64,000 nt of DNA from NCBI GenBank assembly GCA_003707115.1, contig PPNB01000002.1:1-64000 (forward strand). The letters are read 5' to 3'. The DNA comes from Tortispora ganteri (taxonomy: Eukaryota). Positions 9,089-19,218 of this stretch are shown here, one piece after another (the first letter of the stretch is position 1; each line of letters begins with the position of its first letter). A program made the translations under genes and the position numbers. Below the pieces are notes generated by a model. It was not told the DNA's origin and made no database searches. It was given only the letters and a program-made list of their open reading frames with translations.

Positions 9089-12000
9089 ATGTCTGAAGCA
9101 AGGAAATTGACTGGTGCAACCTCCTTGCTCAATAATTTATCACCAATTGCGTTACGTGCACAGAGAGACGAGTCACCTTTAAAGCGGGATTCAAAATATA
9201 AAAAGTATGCCGCAAACGTTGAGAAGGCTCTGGCGGCTTTCGACGCCGTCACTGAATGGGCAGACTACATTGCCTTCCTAGCTAAGCTACAAAAAAGCCT
9301 CCAATCGCATTCCGTTCACGCGATTCCTTACGGCTCACAAGTATCGAGCTGCCTTGCTCAATGTGTGGCTAATGGATTGCCATCTGGCGTCCACCAAAAG
9401 ACTCTCGAAGTGTACCACGCTATATTTCACATCTTAGGCCCCGCTAATCTCGCAACTGAACTAGATATCTGGCTGCCTGGATTGCTCCCACTTATGCCAT
9501 ATGCCTCAATTAACGTAAGAATGTTGCTTATCACGCTTTACAGCGATGATCTTCTAGTGCTTCCTACTGCCACTCTTCGCAACTGTCTTAAACCTATGCT
9601 TCTCGCACTTCTAGCGGCTTTGGACGACGACGAATCTACAGAGTCCTACCAAGCTACATTCAAGCTTATAAAATCTCTCCAGGAGATTATTGCGGATCCT
9701 GCATACTTTTGGCAGTGCTTCCTGCTTTGCTCCATTACCTCTCCTGATCGCAGACCCGGTGCACTGGCTTTCGCCCTACACGAAATGCCCATTCTCAATG
9801 CTCCAGCCAATACCCAATCAAAGGACGATTATTTAAATACACTTGATGATTCACAAAAAGCTCTAATTCTCCCTGATTCTGGAATAATCATACGCGCTTT
9901 TGTTACTGGACTCACCGACTCTCAATCCCTGGTCCAGAGAGGTTTCCTTGATCTGCTTCTCAAAACCCTGCAACTCCACTCCGGTGTACTCCAACTTGTT
10001 GTTTCTTCAGAAGACCGGGCTTCTTTATGTTGGGCAGCTGCATCGGTAGTATTACGTAAGGATATGGCCTTAAATCGCCGCCTCTGGAGCTGGTTCCTTG
10101 GCCCTGACGTCCTCCCAGATAATCTGTCCGTATCTAAAAGTGCAGACTATTTTCGCTTCTATGGGCTTATATCTATACGTGAAGGCCTTTTTACAACCCT
10201 TACTTCTACAGATGTCTCTCCACAGCAAGCTTCACGCCCTTTCAGAATTTGTCTTTCGTTGATGGACCGCTGGGAACTTGGCGGTCAACTAGTCACAGAA
10301 ATATTCATGCCTCTCATATGCTTTGTCAGATCCTATCAGCAAAAGGCGCTTCCCTTAGCTTATAATGAGGTAATGAAAAGTGCTAATGCGTTCTTCGATG
10401 GCGTAGAATCAACCAGCATATGGGGGAGCTTTTATACATACATGAATAAGAATCTGGAGGAAGGTTTGGAGCTCCTGGAATTTGTTGTCAAGAATTTCAA
10501 TGTCAAAGACGAAGAGATGCTAGTTGTGCACATTCCAATGATGTTGCTGTATTTATTATTACTTGCATTGAATGATTTCCAAGGTATAACACCTAATATC
10601 TACCAGCAATCTCTGACTCTCCTCAATCTTGTACCTAGCCGAGGACTATTGCCTCCAGCACATTCAGAACTGTCCACTTTTGACCCATGGTCTATTTTGT
10701 CTATTATAAATAATAATTATAAGGACTTGGGACAGTACGATACTCAACCTCTTTCACCATCTGCGCTGTCTTTTTCTTTAGTAAAAACATTGCAAAGACT
10801 ATTGATCCAGGCTCTAAAAAGGAAGTCAGTCAACCTTTTATGCATATCAACGATGTATCGCACTTTGTTGGCAAAGATACCTGGAAACGTTCAAGTGGAA
10901 TCCGCACCTCTCATTAAAACTATTTCTGAAGAGTCGTTTGACAACTGCAGTTATAGAATTATCAAGGGTATTTATAACTCTCTTATTAGCGTTCTCACAC
11001 ACTCATTAGTTGACAATAAAGCAAAAGATATTCTTCTTTATCGTGTGATGAAACTCTACTGGCATCACCTTGATTCGCCATATTACCGCCAGGCGGCAGA
11101 TGCAGTTGCTGACATATGGTCTTTGACACAATACTGTGATAGCGGTGTCATCCAAGATATAATCATGTCTTTATTCTGCAAAGATATAAATACTGGTTCT
11201 GGAAATTTTCAGAGCTTTTTAGGTCTGTGGAATGCAGGAATTGAAATGTCCAGAAATGATGTGATATTGGCTAAACCTTTACTGCGGTTGATCGATTGTC
11301 TAAACAATGACGATAACGAGCTCTTGAGATACAATGCAAATTTGATACTCGATGTATGTATATCAGGCGGTAGGCAAGCCAAATTATTCAATATTTTGCT
11401 GCATCCATTGACTAGCATGGACATATTTGTGCGTTGGAAAAAGGAACTGCGACCAGATGATGACATAGAGCTTTTAGCGTACTACCTGCGCACCCTAAAT
11501 AGCACTTTAGGTGCTATTCAGCAAGATGCTCTGGTTAGTTTGTCGTCAGATGTATTAATTCTTGAAGAGTTTCAGAATGCAGAACTTTGGCTAGAGCTCT
11601 TGCCGTCTTCAGATACTCATTCTTACAGGAATATGTTGGCTGTTATTGGCGAAGCTACGTTATCATTATCTATACCCAAAAATAGTGAGGCAGAGTTTGC
11701 TACGCGTTACGAACGTTTACTTCTATGCAATTTAAGATTTCTCTCAACGTTGCTGCAAAGATTCGACGCTGGTTTTATAACAGCCAAAGGTCGTTTAGAA
11801 GATGTGATGATCAGCAAGCTAATATACTTTGTCGAAAAGGGTAATGAACCGGTACAGGTGGCTCTGCTTGATTGCCTTTCTCTGACTACCAGGATTGGAC
11901 ATAGTGTTGATCCATATTCTGCCATGTCTAAATGGCGAAGCAAATCAAAGCATGTTAATTCTGAAGATGAGACAGCGGAGAATATTCCTATGGTTCAGTG

Positions 12001-14242
12001 TATTGCCAAGGGTATTTCTCATGCAAACACAGGGCTTATGACTGAAGCATGGGTTAAGTTTGTAATAACATGCGTACCATTATTAGGAGAGAATATATTT
12101 CAGATTCTCATTCCTCTCGAAGAATGCTTCTGTCATTCTATCAATGATCTCCTCCCGCTATTGGATGCGGCATTTCATGAGAAGGTTGACACTCTTACGT
12201 CTGAAGATGTAATGATTTCTTTGCTATCTGGTTTGGAAAAAATGTTAATGCTTTCATACAATGCTCTATCAGATGGTGGAAAATACAAAAGGGAGACCAA
12301 GTCTGCAAATGACCCCGGATTTTTTGGTAACGTAATTTCTGGCGTTTTTTCCATAGAGTCTCCAACATCTCGCAATTCGTCGATAAATAACCGACTAACA
12401 GTGCTGCTATCCTTCCAGGATGTTATCAAGTCTTGTTTTTCTGTCTGGAAATGGGCTGATAAAATCTTGAAGGAACCTGACACATCTGAGCTCAGTTATC
12501 ACACAGTTACTCAAATTATATCCAGAATACGGTTCAAATTAAGGAAATTATTCGAGTTCATGTACAATGCGGAAACTTTGGAAACTCTCGAAATATTTGT
12601 TTTGATGAAAGAGAGCAGCCTAACAATCAAACTATTAAATATACTTACTGGTTCGCAACCAAAGAAGATTGTTCCACGTCTGATATCGTCTATTTATTCT
12701 AGAGTACAATCATCAGGATCTAACGACTATGAAATCTCCACTCTTACTACAGACCTTGAAACTCCTGTTCTTATGCAATTTCTCGTCGCATATATTGAAT
12801 CATTGGAGAACGATGCCGTGGAAGAAGTGTGTGTGAACTGTTTGTCTTTAGCTAAAGATGTCACGAGCAACATTGGTGTATACGGAGAGCTCTATCCGGA
12901 TTCTTTAGTGCTCGTTAGCTGCATATCAAAGAAAATTGAGTCTACATTATTTGGAGAGCAAAAGAAGATCCGCAAAGAGGTATACGAGCTAATCGTCAAA
13001 CTGATTGCATCCTATCCGTCATATAAGGCCTATGTGAACTCTGCGACCAAAGTGCCTGGACTAGCTGCGGGAATCATCAATGAAAGTAACAGTGAGGTAT
13101 CCGAAAATGCGACACCAATTCCATATGATCCTGATGAAAAGGGTAACGATATTAAAGAGATTAGCTTGATGGATGAATTTCTCATTAAGTTGACACAGTT
13201 GTTGCCAAACATAGTATCCTCGCTATCAGAGAGTGAAAAGCTATACAGTGTTGTTAGCACGATTGTATCGAATGTGATTCAGCCTCCGATCAAGTCTCGA
13301 CATTTTCCTGAGAATACATCTGATCCGTTAATTGATTTGTTCGCATCATTAGTGCAAATTCCTGGTACGGTAAAGTCGTGGAAACCTGTTGTTGCAGAGG
13401 CAGTTTTAGATGCGAAGTTTTTAAAGATGAAACCTGAACTGGCCTTGCGCTGGGGTCCAATTTTAGATGCATGGACATTCCACGATAGAGAAGGAATGCT
13501 TTCAGTATTGGGAAAAGTGACTTTGCCAAATATCAACGCGGCAAATTCGTTATTTGGCTGGTCTGACGGTGAAAACCAAAGCCGTATCGCATTGAAAAGG
13601 ATGGCTTTGGTGATGGTTTTGTGTGCGGAAGACAAGTTTGCGGGGTCTGCGGCAGATTTGCTAGAACGACTTGTTGCTCTTTTGAAGTCTTCGCATGTGA
13701 ATGGATACATAGCCGAGATATACATGTGTCTCAGGAGTGTTATTTTGAGATTTTCTGCCGTTAATTTGCAGTCATACTGGCCCATAATATACCACCGACT
13801 GCAGGAATCGTTTATCGAGATTTTGCGCCAGCTCAACCATCAAGAAAAACTGCCTGACGCTAGAGTTATATTGATGGCGAGCAAATTGTTGGATGTGCTA
13901 TTACTTATTAACGTGGATGATTTCCAGAATTATGAATGGCTTTTTGTGAACGATACAGCAGAAGCGATGTTCCGAGGTGAGAGCGAGAGTTCACTTGCCT
14001 TGTTTGATATTCTTGCTACACAGATGCACCAGCTGTCGCCGAGTGAAACAGGGACATTAAACCTGTGTCAAGATAAGAATAAACCGCTGCTCTTTGGAGT
14101 CAGAAAAATAAACAAGATATCGGAGCTAAGGTCTTTTTTTGTGCACACAAGCTTAGATTTCTACGAGAAAGTGTATTCGCTTGGAAGAGGTGATTTGGAT
14201 GCATGTGCGGTTGATCTTGTTGAAGACATACTTTATCAATGA
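9089..14242 (+). CDS. DOP1: Dopey-family trafficking protein Dop1
   Basis: Dopey_N motifs EWADYIAFLAKLQK, LPSGVHQKTLEVY, LRKDMALNRRLWSW; 1717 aa. Confidence 0.95.
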   Translation: MSEARKLTGATSLLNNLSPIALRAQRDESPLKRDSKYKKYAANVEKALAAFDAVTEWADYIAFLAKLQKSLQSHSVHAIPYGSQVSSCLAQCVANGLPSGVHQKTLEVYHAIFHILGPANLATELDIWLPGLLPLMPYASINVRMLLITLYSDDLLVLPTATLRNCLKPMLLALLAALDDDESTESYQATFKLIKSLQEIIADPAYFWQCFLLCSITSPDRRPGALAFALHEMPILNAPANTQSKDDYLNTLDDSQKALILPDSGIIIRAFVTGLTDSQSLVQRGFLDLLLKTLQLHSGVLQLVVSSEDRASLCWAAASVVLRKDMALNRRLWSWFLGPDVLPDNLSVSKSADYFRFYGLISIREGLFTTLTSTDVSPQQASRPFRICLSLMDRWELGGQLVTEIFMPLICFVRSYQQKALPLAYNEVMKSANAFFDGVESTSIWGSFYTYMNKNLEEGLELLEFVVKNFNVKDEEMLVVHIPMMLLYLLLLALNDFQGITPNIYQQSLTLLNLVPSRGLLPPAHSELSTFDPWSILSIINNNYKDLGQYDTQPLSPSALSFSLVKTLQRLLIQALKRKSVNLLCISTMYRTLLAKIPGNVQVESAPLIKTISEESFDNCSYRIIKGIYNSLISVLTHSLVDNKAKDILLYRVMKLYWHHLDSPYYRQAADAVADIWSLTQYCDSGVIQDIIMSLFCKDINTGSGNFQSFLGLWNAGIEMSRNDVILAKPLLRLIDCLNNDDNELLRYNANLILDVCISGGRQAKLFNILLHPLTSMDIFVRWKKELRPDDDIELLAYYLRTLNSTLGAIQQDALVSLSSDVLILEEFQNAELWLELLPSSDTHSYRNMLAVIGEATLSLSIPKNSEAEFATRYERLLLCNLRFLSTLLQRFDAGFITAKGRLEDVMISKLIYFVEKGNEPVQVALLDCLSLTTRIGHSVDPYSAMSKWRSKSKHVNSEDETAENIPMVQCIAKGISHANTGLMTEAWVKFVITCVPLLGENIFQILIPLEECFCHSINDLLPLLDAAFHEKVDTLTSEDVMISLLSGLEKMLMLSYNALSDGGKYKRETKSANDPGFFGNVISGVFSIESPTSRNSSINNRLTVLLSFQDVIKSCFSVWKWADKILKEPDTSELSYHTVTQIISRIRFKLRKLFEFMYNAETLETLEIFVLMKESSLTIKLLNILTGSQPKKIVPRLISSIYSRVQSSGSNDYEISTLTTDLETPVLMQFLVAYIESLENDAVEEVCVNCLSLAKDVTSNIGVYGELYPDSLVLVSCISKKIESTLFGEQKKIRKEVYELIVKLIASYPSYKAYVNSATKVPGLAAGIINESNSEVSENATPIPYDPDEKGNDIKEISLMDEFLIKLTQLLPNIVSSLSESEKLYSVVSTIVSNVIQPPIKSRHFPENTSDPLIDLFASLVQIPGTVKSWKPVVAEAVLDAKFLKMKPELALRWGPILDAWTFHDREGMLSVLGKVTLPNINAANSLFGWSDGENQSRIALKRMALVMVLCAEDKFAGSAADLLERLVALLKSSHVNGYIAEIYMCLRSVILRFSAVNLQSYWPIIYHRLQESFIEILRQLNHQEKLPDARVILMASKLLDVLLLINVDDFQNYEWLFVNDTAEAMFRGESESSLALFDILATQMHQLSPSETGTLNLCQDKNKPLLFGVRKINKISELRSFFVHTSLDFYEKVYSLGRGDLDACAVDLVEDILYQ

Positions 14243-14862
14243 CGTGTCCTCTCAAATCTGTAAATGGAAAGAATTTCCCATCCAGCCTGACGCTCGAACA
14301 CTTTAGTTTTATTAAATCCGGGGACGGTGATTGCTTCTGGGTGGTTTGATTTGCAGAAGAGTATATATGCGATGCCTTTGTCTGAGAGTATAATATTTAG
14401 ATTGTTTAGTAGTTTATTTGTGAATTCCATACCATTTTTGCCACCGTCTAGGGCGAAGTATATCCAATTACCATCAACTGGTGGTTCTGGTAGTTTCTCT
14501 GTGGGGACGTACGGAGGGTTGCAGATGAGCAAATCCACTAGTCCAGATCTAATACCTTGTGCAATTGATGTATTGATACTATCTATCTGAATATTATTTT
14601 GAAATGCAATGCTTTGAGTAGTTTTGCATGCATCCATGCTGATGTCAGTTGTGAGAACAAACGATAGAGGCAGAATATTTTTTTTGAGGAATGTCGAGAT
14701 AAGGCCTGAACCCGAGCCTACTTCTAGTATCACAGGAGTCTCGAAAATATCCTTTAAAAAAATCATTTCATTTTCCAATAGGTCTAAGAATACATAAGTG
14801 TCTTCTGATGGCTCGTATACTTTGGTGTAATCGAACCTATTGTAGTCTGGTGTTGGCAGCAT
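14236..14862 (-). CDS. MTQ2: eRF1 glutamine methyltransferase Mtq2 (HemK2/N6AMT1)
   Basis: MLPTP start, VYEPSEDT, LEVGSGSG, NPPY, GWEILSIYRF. Confidence 0.93.
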   Translation of the reverse strand: MLPTPDYNRFDYTKVYEPSEDTYVFLDLLENEMIFLKDIFETPVILEVGSGSGLISTFLKKNILPLSFVLTTDISMDACKTTQSIAFQNNIQIDSINTSIAQGIRSGLVDLLICNPPYVPTEKLPEPPVDGNWIYFALDGGKNGMEFTNKLLNNLNIILSDKGIAYILFCKSNHPEAITVPGFNKTKVFERQAGWEILSIYRFERTRH

Positions 14863-17100
14863 GTCGAAAGAGGAGAATCGGATCATTGAAGGTTATTATG
14901 TTATATGCAATTTCTTGAACATCCTTACAATCAGAAGATTTAATAAGTAATAATGTAGTAATTACTGTTGAATTGTAAATTTATTTTGATTTTTAAGCAA
15001 TATTTAAAACAAAATGGCCATTAAGAATAGAAAAAAAAAGTAACAAGTTTATAGTTAACAATTGAACGGTATTGTTAATTTATCGTACGTAAATACGAAT
15101 GGCTAAATATCAGATATTAAAGGCACTTTACAGGTTTGCAGAGACACCATCTAAGATATTGTCGCTAACCAAAAGACACAAAAATTCGGCTGAAAATCGA
15201 GGTCATATGGCTCATAGATGGGCAAGAAATCAATACGAACAGTTGCCTAACTGCCTTCTTTCTATGCTGGCACTTTTTGAGTAATAGTACCCCAGAATAA
15301 AGAGTAGGATTTGAAGATATATTTATTTGAGGCAATTTAATTCGCAGCCTTATACGGAACCTTTTGCTGCTCCTTCGGATTGCAGCCAGTACAAACCAAG
15401 ATCTTACATTTTGTTATCATAATATTACACCAAACTGCTGTTTTGTTCTCTCCTCTTGCATTTGTATATATAACATTATCAGTGTCTTTAGCTTAGTCCC
15501 AATTAACAATTCTGATTAATTCTGATATAATATACATTTTATTGGCAGAAAAGCTCAAACAACCTCATTTCGCTTGAGTTAAAAATATTAAACCGATTAA
15601 TGGCATATGAAAACTATATTCAGTGAGGGGTTAGCAAATTCTACACACGTGTAGTATATCATCAACTGTAGCCGATCAGGCTTCTTGTTGATAAAATTAA
15701 CCATATAAATACGTTATCGAACTGGCTATGGAGTTTTGATAAGTGGCTAATTTTCTTACCTGCAGCAATCGATCCTTCACATTGGTTCGAATACTAGTTG
15801 GTAAGTATTATCCTGAGGTTTTCCTTGATCTCGTAATCATTTATTAAACGCTAATTTGGGGATGAATTGATAGGAATTCGCGAGATTGGCGATTTGGTCA
15901 ACTGCAGAAACTAAAAATACAGTCCATCTACGTATCCGGAAGGTTAGAAACTTATTTTGTAGTGACTTAAACGTTTCAATTCGTCAGAACCATTGTTCAA
16001 TACCACATGTGTATTTTAAAGATTGATAGTCTTACTTCAAATCCTAATAGCTAAACTCATAGACCAATTACCCTGCTGTTCTTAAATCTAACATTTGACT
16101 CTTCTGTATACACCTTTGTGTCTCTGACTGCTATGTCATATATACGTCAATCTCTACACTAGCAATTATTAGTTATTAGTAATGCAATTAGATGGAAATT
16201 CTCTAGCTTCCTGACTGTTATTGATTCCTGCACTTCTTGACGACTCGGCCGCTTATATGCAATGATTTCCGTGCACCTATACAATGCACCTTTGTTCATC
16301 AAAACTCTGTACAAAAAAGTTTATCTATTAGAAACGTACCTTGTTCTATGTGTCAACTTACCAATACAAAATGATGAGTGCTATTTATCACTTCTAGTTT
16401 TCGCTAAGATGGCACTACAACGTAGTGTGGGCAGCTCTGTTACCTCTAGGTACATATTATACTCTGATAGTTTAATGCGGAATGACTGAAAGATATGAAA
16501 TAATACTGTTTAACACTCAAGTATTTACATATTAATTGATTAATTTATGGCATGACCTTTGCTGAGTTAGTAAGTTTTTAAGTCTAGGCGTGAAGACATA
16601 CTCCTTTGCGGCTAACCTTACTCTGACGGCAAACTGACCGGCCACCGACCAACAAATATGATAAACGTTCCAGTCCTTGTGAGCGGCAAAGCATCTCAAA
16701 GTACACTAATATATTTTATATCTCAAAAATATTAAAACAGCTTTCTGGTTGATTGAATCATCATAATCTGACAACGGATCCGTCTATCTTTGATACTTGG
16801 AATTAGTCGATATAAGCTTTCAGTTCCGGATGCAACAGTGTGCTAGCCGTTTCTGTAAAACATAATTAAACTTTCTTGGCCGATTTACTAGTCTATGTTA
16901 CCTTCAAAGTCTATTTGTTGGCCGAGTTTGTTTTACAGTGCAACAGTGACATTTCGCCAATGAACTGACCGGCGATGCTAACGAATACTGCTTTTAAAGT
17001 TGCTTATGAAATATTTCCGCAAGCCTATATTAGGGCATGCTTCTCGCACTCTTGCTGAATTACCTTCATTGCATGGTATTACTGAAATATCACTACAGTT

Positions 17101-19056
17101 ATGACCATACAAGCTGTTACTGTTACTGAGACATATCTGTGCTCACCACCGGTAGAAACAACTACCGTGTACCAGAAGGCGTTCTCTTCAGGTAAAGGAG
17201 TTGTAACCGTTTATGATGACTTCTGTGTACCAAAAACAGAATCCGTCAATGGTGTATATTGCTATGCCTGCACACCTGCTGTGGTGACTTATGTTCCAAA
17301 ACCTCCACTTGTCAAAGATTCTCAAACATTTGTGTGGGGGTTTTACGAAGAAATATCTGTTTCTGTATCAATCGACATTGATGTAACAGTTGAGATACCT
17401 ATTATTATTACCGAAACAGTTGCACCCACTTCGGCCTCTGCAACGGGAACTTTGCCCACTACGACTAAGAGTTTGCCAACTACGACTAAGAGTTTGCCAA
17501 CTACGACTAAGAGTTTGCCCACTACTACCACTTCGGTCTCCTCTAAGAGTTCGTCCAGTCTCACTGGAGGTTCATCTAGCATTACCGCTGGTGCTCCTGA
17601 AAGCTGTTCTACTGCACCTCCATATCAGGATGGGATTGTAAGCGCAGAGTTTTACCCAGGTGAATGGACCCCTCAGGATATTGCTGACTTAGCGTACAGG
17701 AACGCCATTTATGCAGCGGGGGCTAATTTTGTTATTGATAACAGTAACAATTCTATATCATTTGATGCGTTCAAGGGGGGTGTCACAGAAATGATGGCAT
17801 ATGTCTTTATACATGATACCAATCAGCTTACGGTCACATCAATAGAGCAAGCGGCTAATGCTCATATTTACATTGGAGAGAATGCGATGAGTTGTTCGAA
17901 TATCACTGAAGTTGGAAGTGAAGGATATTCTGGATCTGGAGAAATAGTTGCAGGAAATGGCTACTCCGTTGTTTTTGATTTCAATGCTTATAACGCGTGG
18001 TACCCTGTCCGTCTTCTAATCCTAAGAAATGAAGAATCTGATTCTGCTAATAAAAGAGACTACGTTGACTTTTTTACTCTAAAGTTTCACGAGGAACAAC
18101 CCGAGAAAACCTTTTCAGTTCGTGCGGGCGTTTCACAGAGTTCTTCTTCAACTTCAGTTGTTTCTACACCCACTTCGGTCTCCTCTAAGAGTTCATCTTC
18201 TCTAAATTCTACGCTTTCTCTTCAAACTCCTTCACTTTCTTCTCCTAGTGAAAAACCTAGCTCTTCTAGTGTTCATGCCAGTGTCTCTCATGAAGATTTG
18301 TCATCGAGTGTTTCTTCCACCCTATCTTCCATAACGACTTACTCAAGTGAAATCATATCTTCTGGCTATGTGTCTGGTTGTCCTATAAGTAGTCTGACAA
18401 CATATGGTGCGTCTTTGTACGAAAATATAGGTTGGTATAATGAAGACCAAATACAGAATGGAGAATACCGAACTGACTATATTCGTAAGAGTGATGCGGC
18501 TAGTTCGAATTGCAATCAGGGCACTTGTACTATGGAATACGCGTTTTCTGGTTCCATGTCGCACGATAATTTTATCTTGCAAGAAGCATTGGGTTTCGTG
18601 AAGTCTGTACCGGGTGGAGGAACGTTCCAAGCTGAGTTTAGTTATGAAGGTTTCACTTTCGCAGGATACGTTGGAAATTCAAGCTTTGTGCTACCGCTGA
18701 ATTTTTACGACGCTACAGACTATTTTCTCGGATTGGAAGTTCAGATTACAGCTGCTTGGAATGGTGCGGGAGGAAATTGCACGGACATTTATTCCATTTC
18801 ATCTGAAGCTGTTGCGAACCCGAGTAATTTCGTTACGCAACGGTTTTTTGCCGAAATAGGTGGAGGTACATTAGATTTCCCGAATGATTTTGATGCTGTA
18901 TACTATTATCCCGTCCGTGTCGTGGTACTAAGAAATTTACCGTCTGCCACTGAAGACTTATATTCAGTCATTGGACGTGCCTATGGAGTTAATCCTGACG
19001 AGATTACTATCAACACTATCACTTCCAATTCAACTCTTAACTTTTTCATCCAATAG
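17101..19056 (+). CDS. Ser/Thr-rich adhesin/flocculin-like protein with two divergent PA14/GLEYA-like modules; 5' end uncertain
   Basis: LPTTTKS repeats, Ser-rich linkers and a KR site. Two related modules end in WYPVRLLILRN and YYYPVRVVVLRN. No in-frame signal peptide or GPI tail is visible. Confidence 0.6.
   Translation: MTIQAVTVTETYLCSPPVETTTVYQKAFSSGKGVVTVYDDFCVPKTESVNGVYCYACTPAVVTYVPKPPLVKDSQTFVWGFYEEISVSVSIDIDVTVEIPIIITETVAPTSASATGTLPTTTKSLPTTTKSLPTTTKSLPTTTTSVSSKSSSSLTGGSSSITAGAPESCSTAPPYQDGIVSAEFYPGEWTPQDIADLAYRNAIYAAGANFVIDNSNNSISFDAFKGGVTEMMAYVFIHDTNQLTVTSIEQAANAHIYIGENAMSCSNITEVGSEGYSGSGEIVAGNGYSVVFDFNAYNAWYPVRLLILRNEESDSANKRDYVDFFTLKFHEEQPEKTFSVRAGVSQSSSSTSVVSTPTSVSSKSSSSLNSTLSLQTPSLSSPSEKPSSSSVHASVSHEDLSSSVSSTLSSITTYSSEIISSGYVSGCPISSLTTYGASLYENIGWYNEDQIQNGEYRTDYIRKSDAASSNCNQGTCTMEYAFSGSMSHDNFILQEALGFVKSVPGGGTFQAEFSYEGFTFAGYVGNSSFVLPLNFYDATDYFLGLEVQITAAWNGAGGNCTDIYSISSEAVANPSNFVTQRFFAEIGGGTLDFPNDFDAVYYYPVRVVVLRNLPSATEDLYSVIGRAYGVNPDEITINTITSNSTLNFFIQ
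17452..17526 (+). repeat. 21-nt coding minisatellite (TTGCC[A/C]ACTACGACTAAGAGT, about 3.5 copies) encoding LPTTTKS
   Basis: Read directly. CACTTCGGTCTCCTCTAAGAGTTC also occurs twice (about 17530 and 18171). Confidence 0.95.
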
Positions 19057-19218
19057 AGCTAAACAAAGCTCGCCAAATTTTTGTTTCGTTTTTGAGTTAT
19101 AGGTTTTAATCATTTATTTATACAAGTTTTAGTAAATAGTGCAATGTAATATAAAGTAGCATAACTACAGAGACTCGAACTACACCTGCAATGACGAAGA
19201 TGTGCCAAAGTTATGCGG

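Noticed and set aside
15780..15800. GGTTCGAAT resembling a tRNA T-loop/B box (also GTTCGAAGCC at 27141 and GGTTCGAG at 53542)
   Set aside because: No T-stem pairing, acceptor stem or cloverleaf
14887..17000. 2.1-kb AT-rich gap (also 23660-25400) considered as LTR/transposon remnant, centromere or origin
   Set aside because: No terminal repeats, target-site duplications, transposase/RT fragments or centromere elements; the short ORFs look non-coding; most simply long promoters
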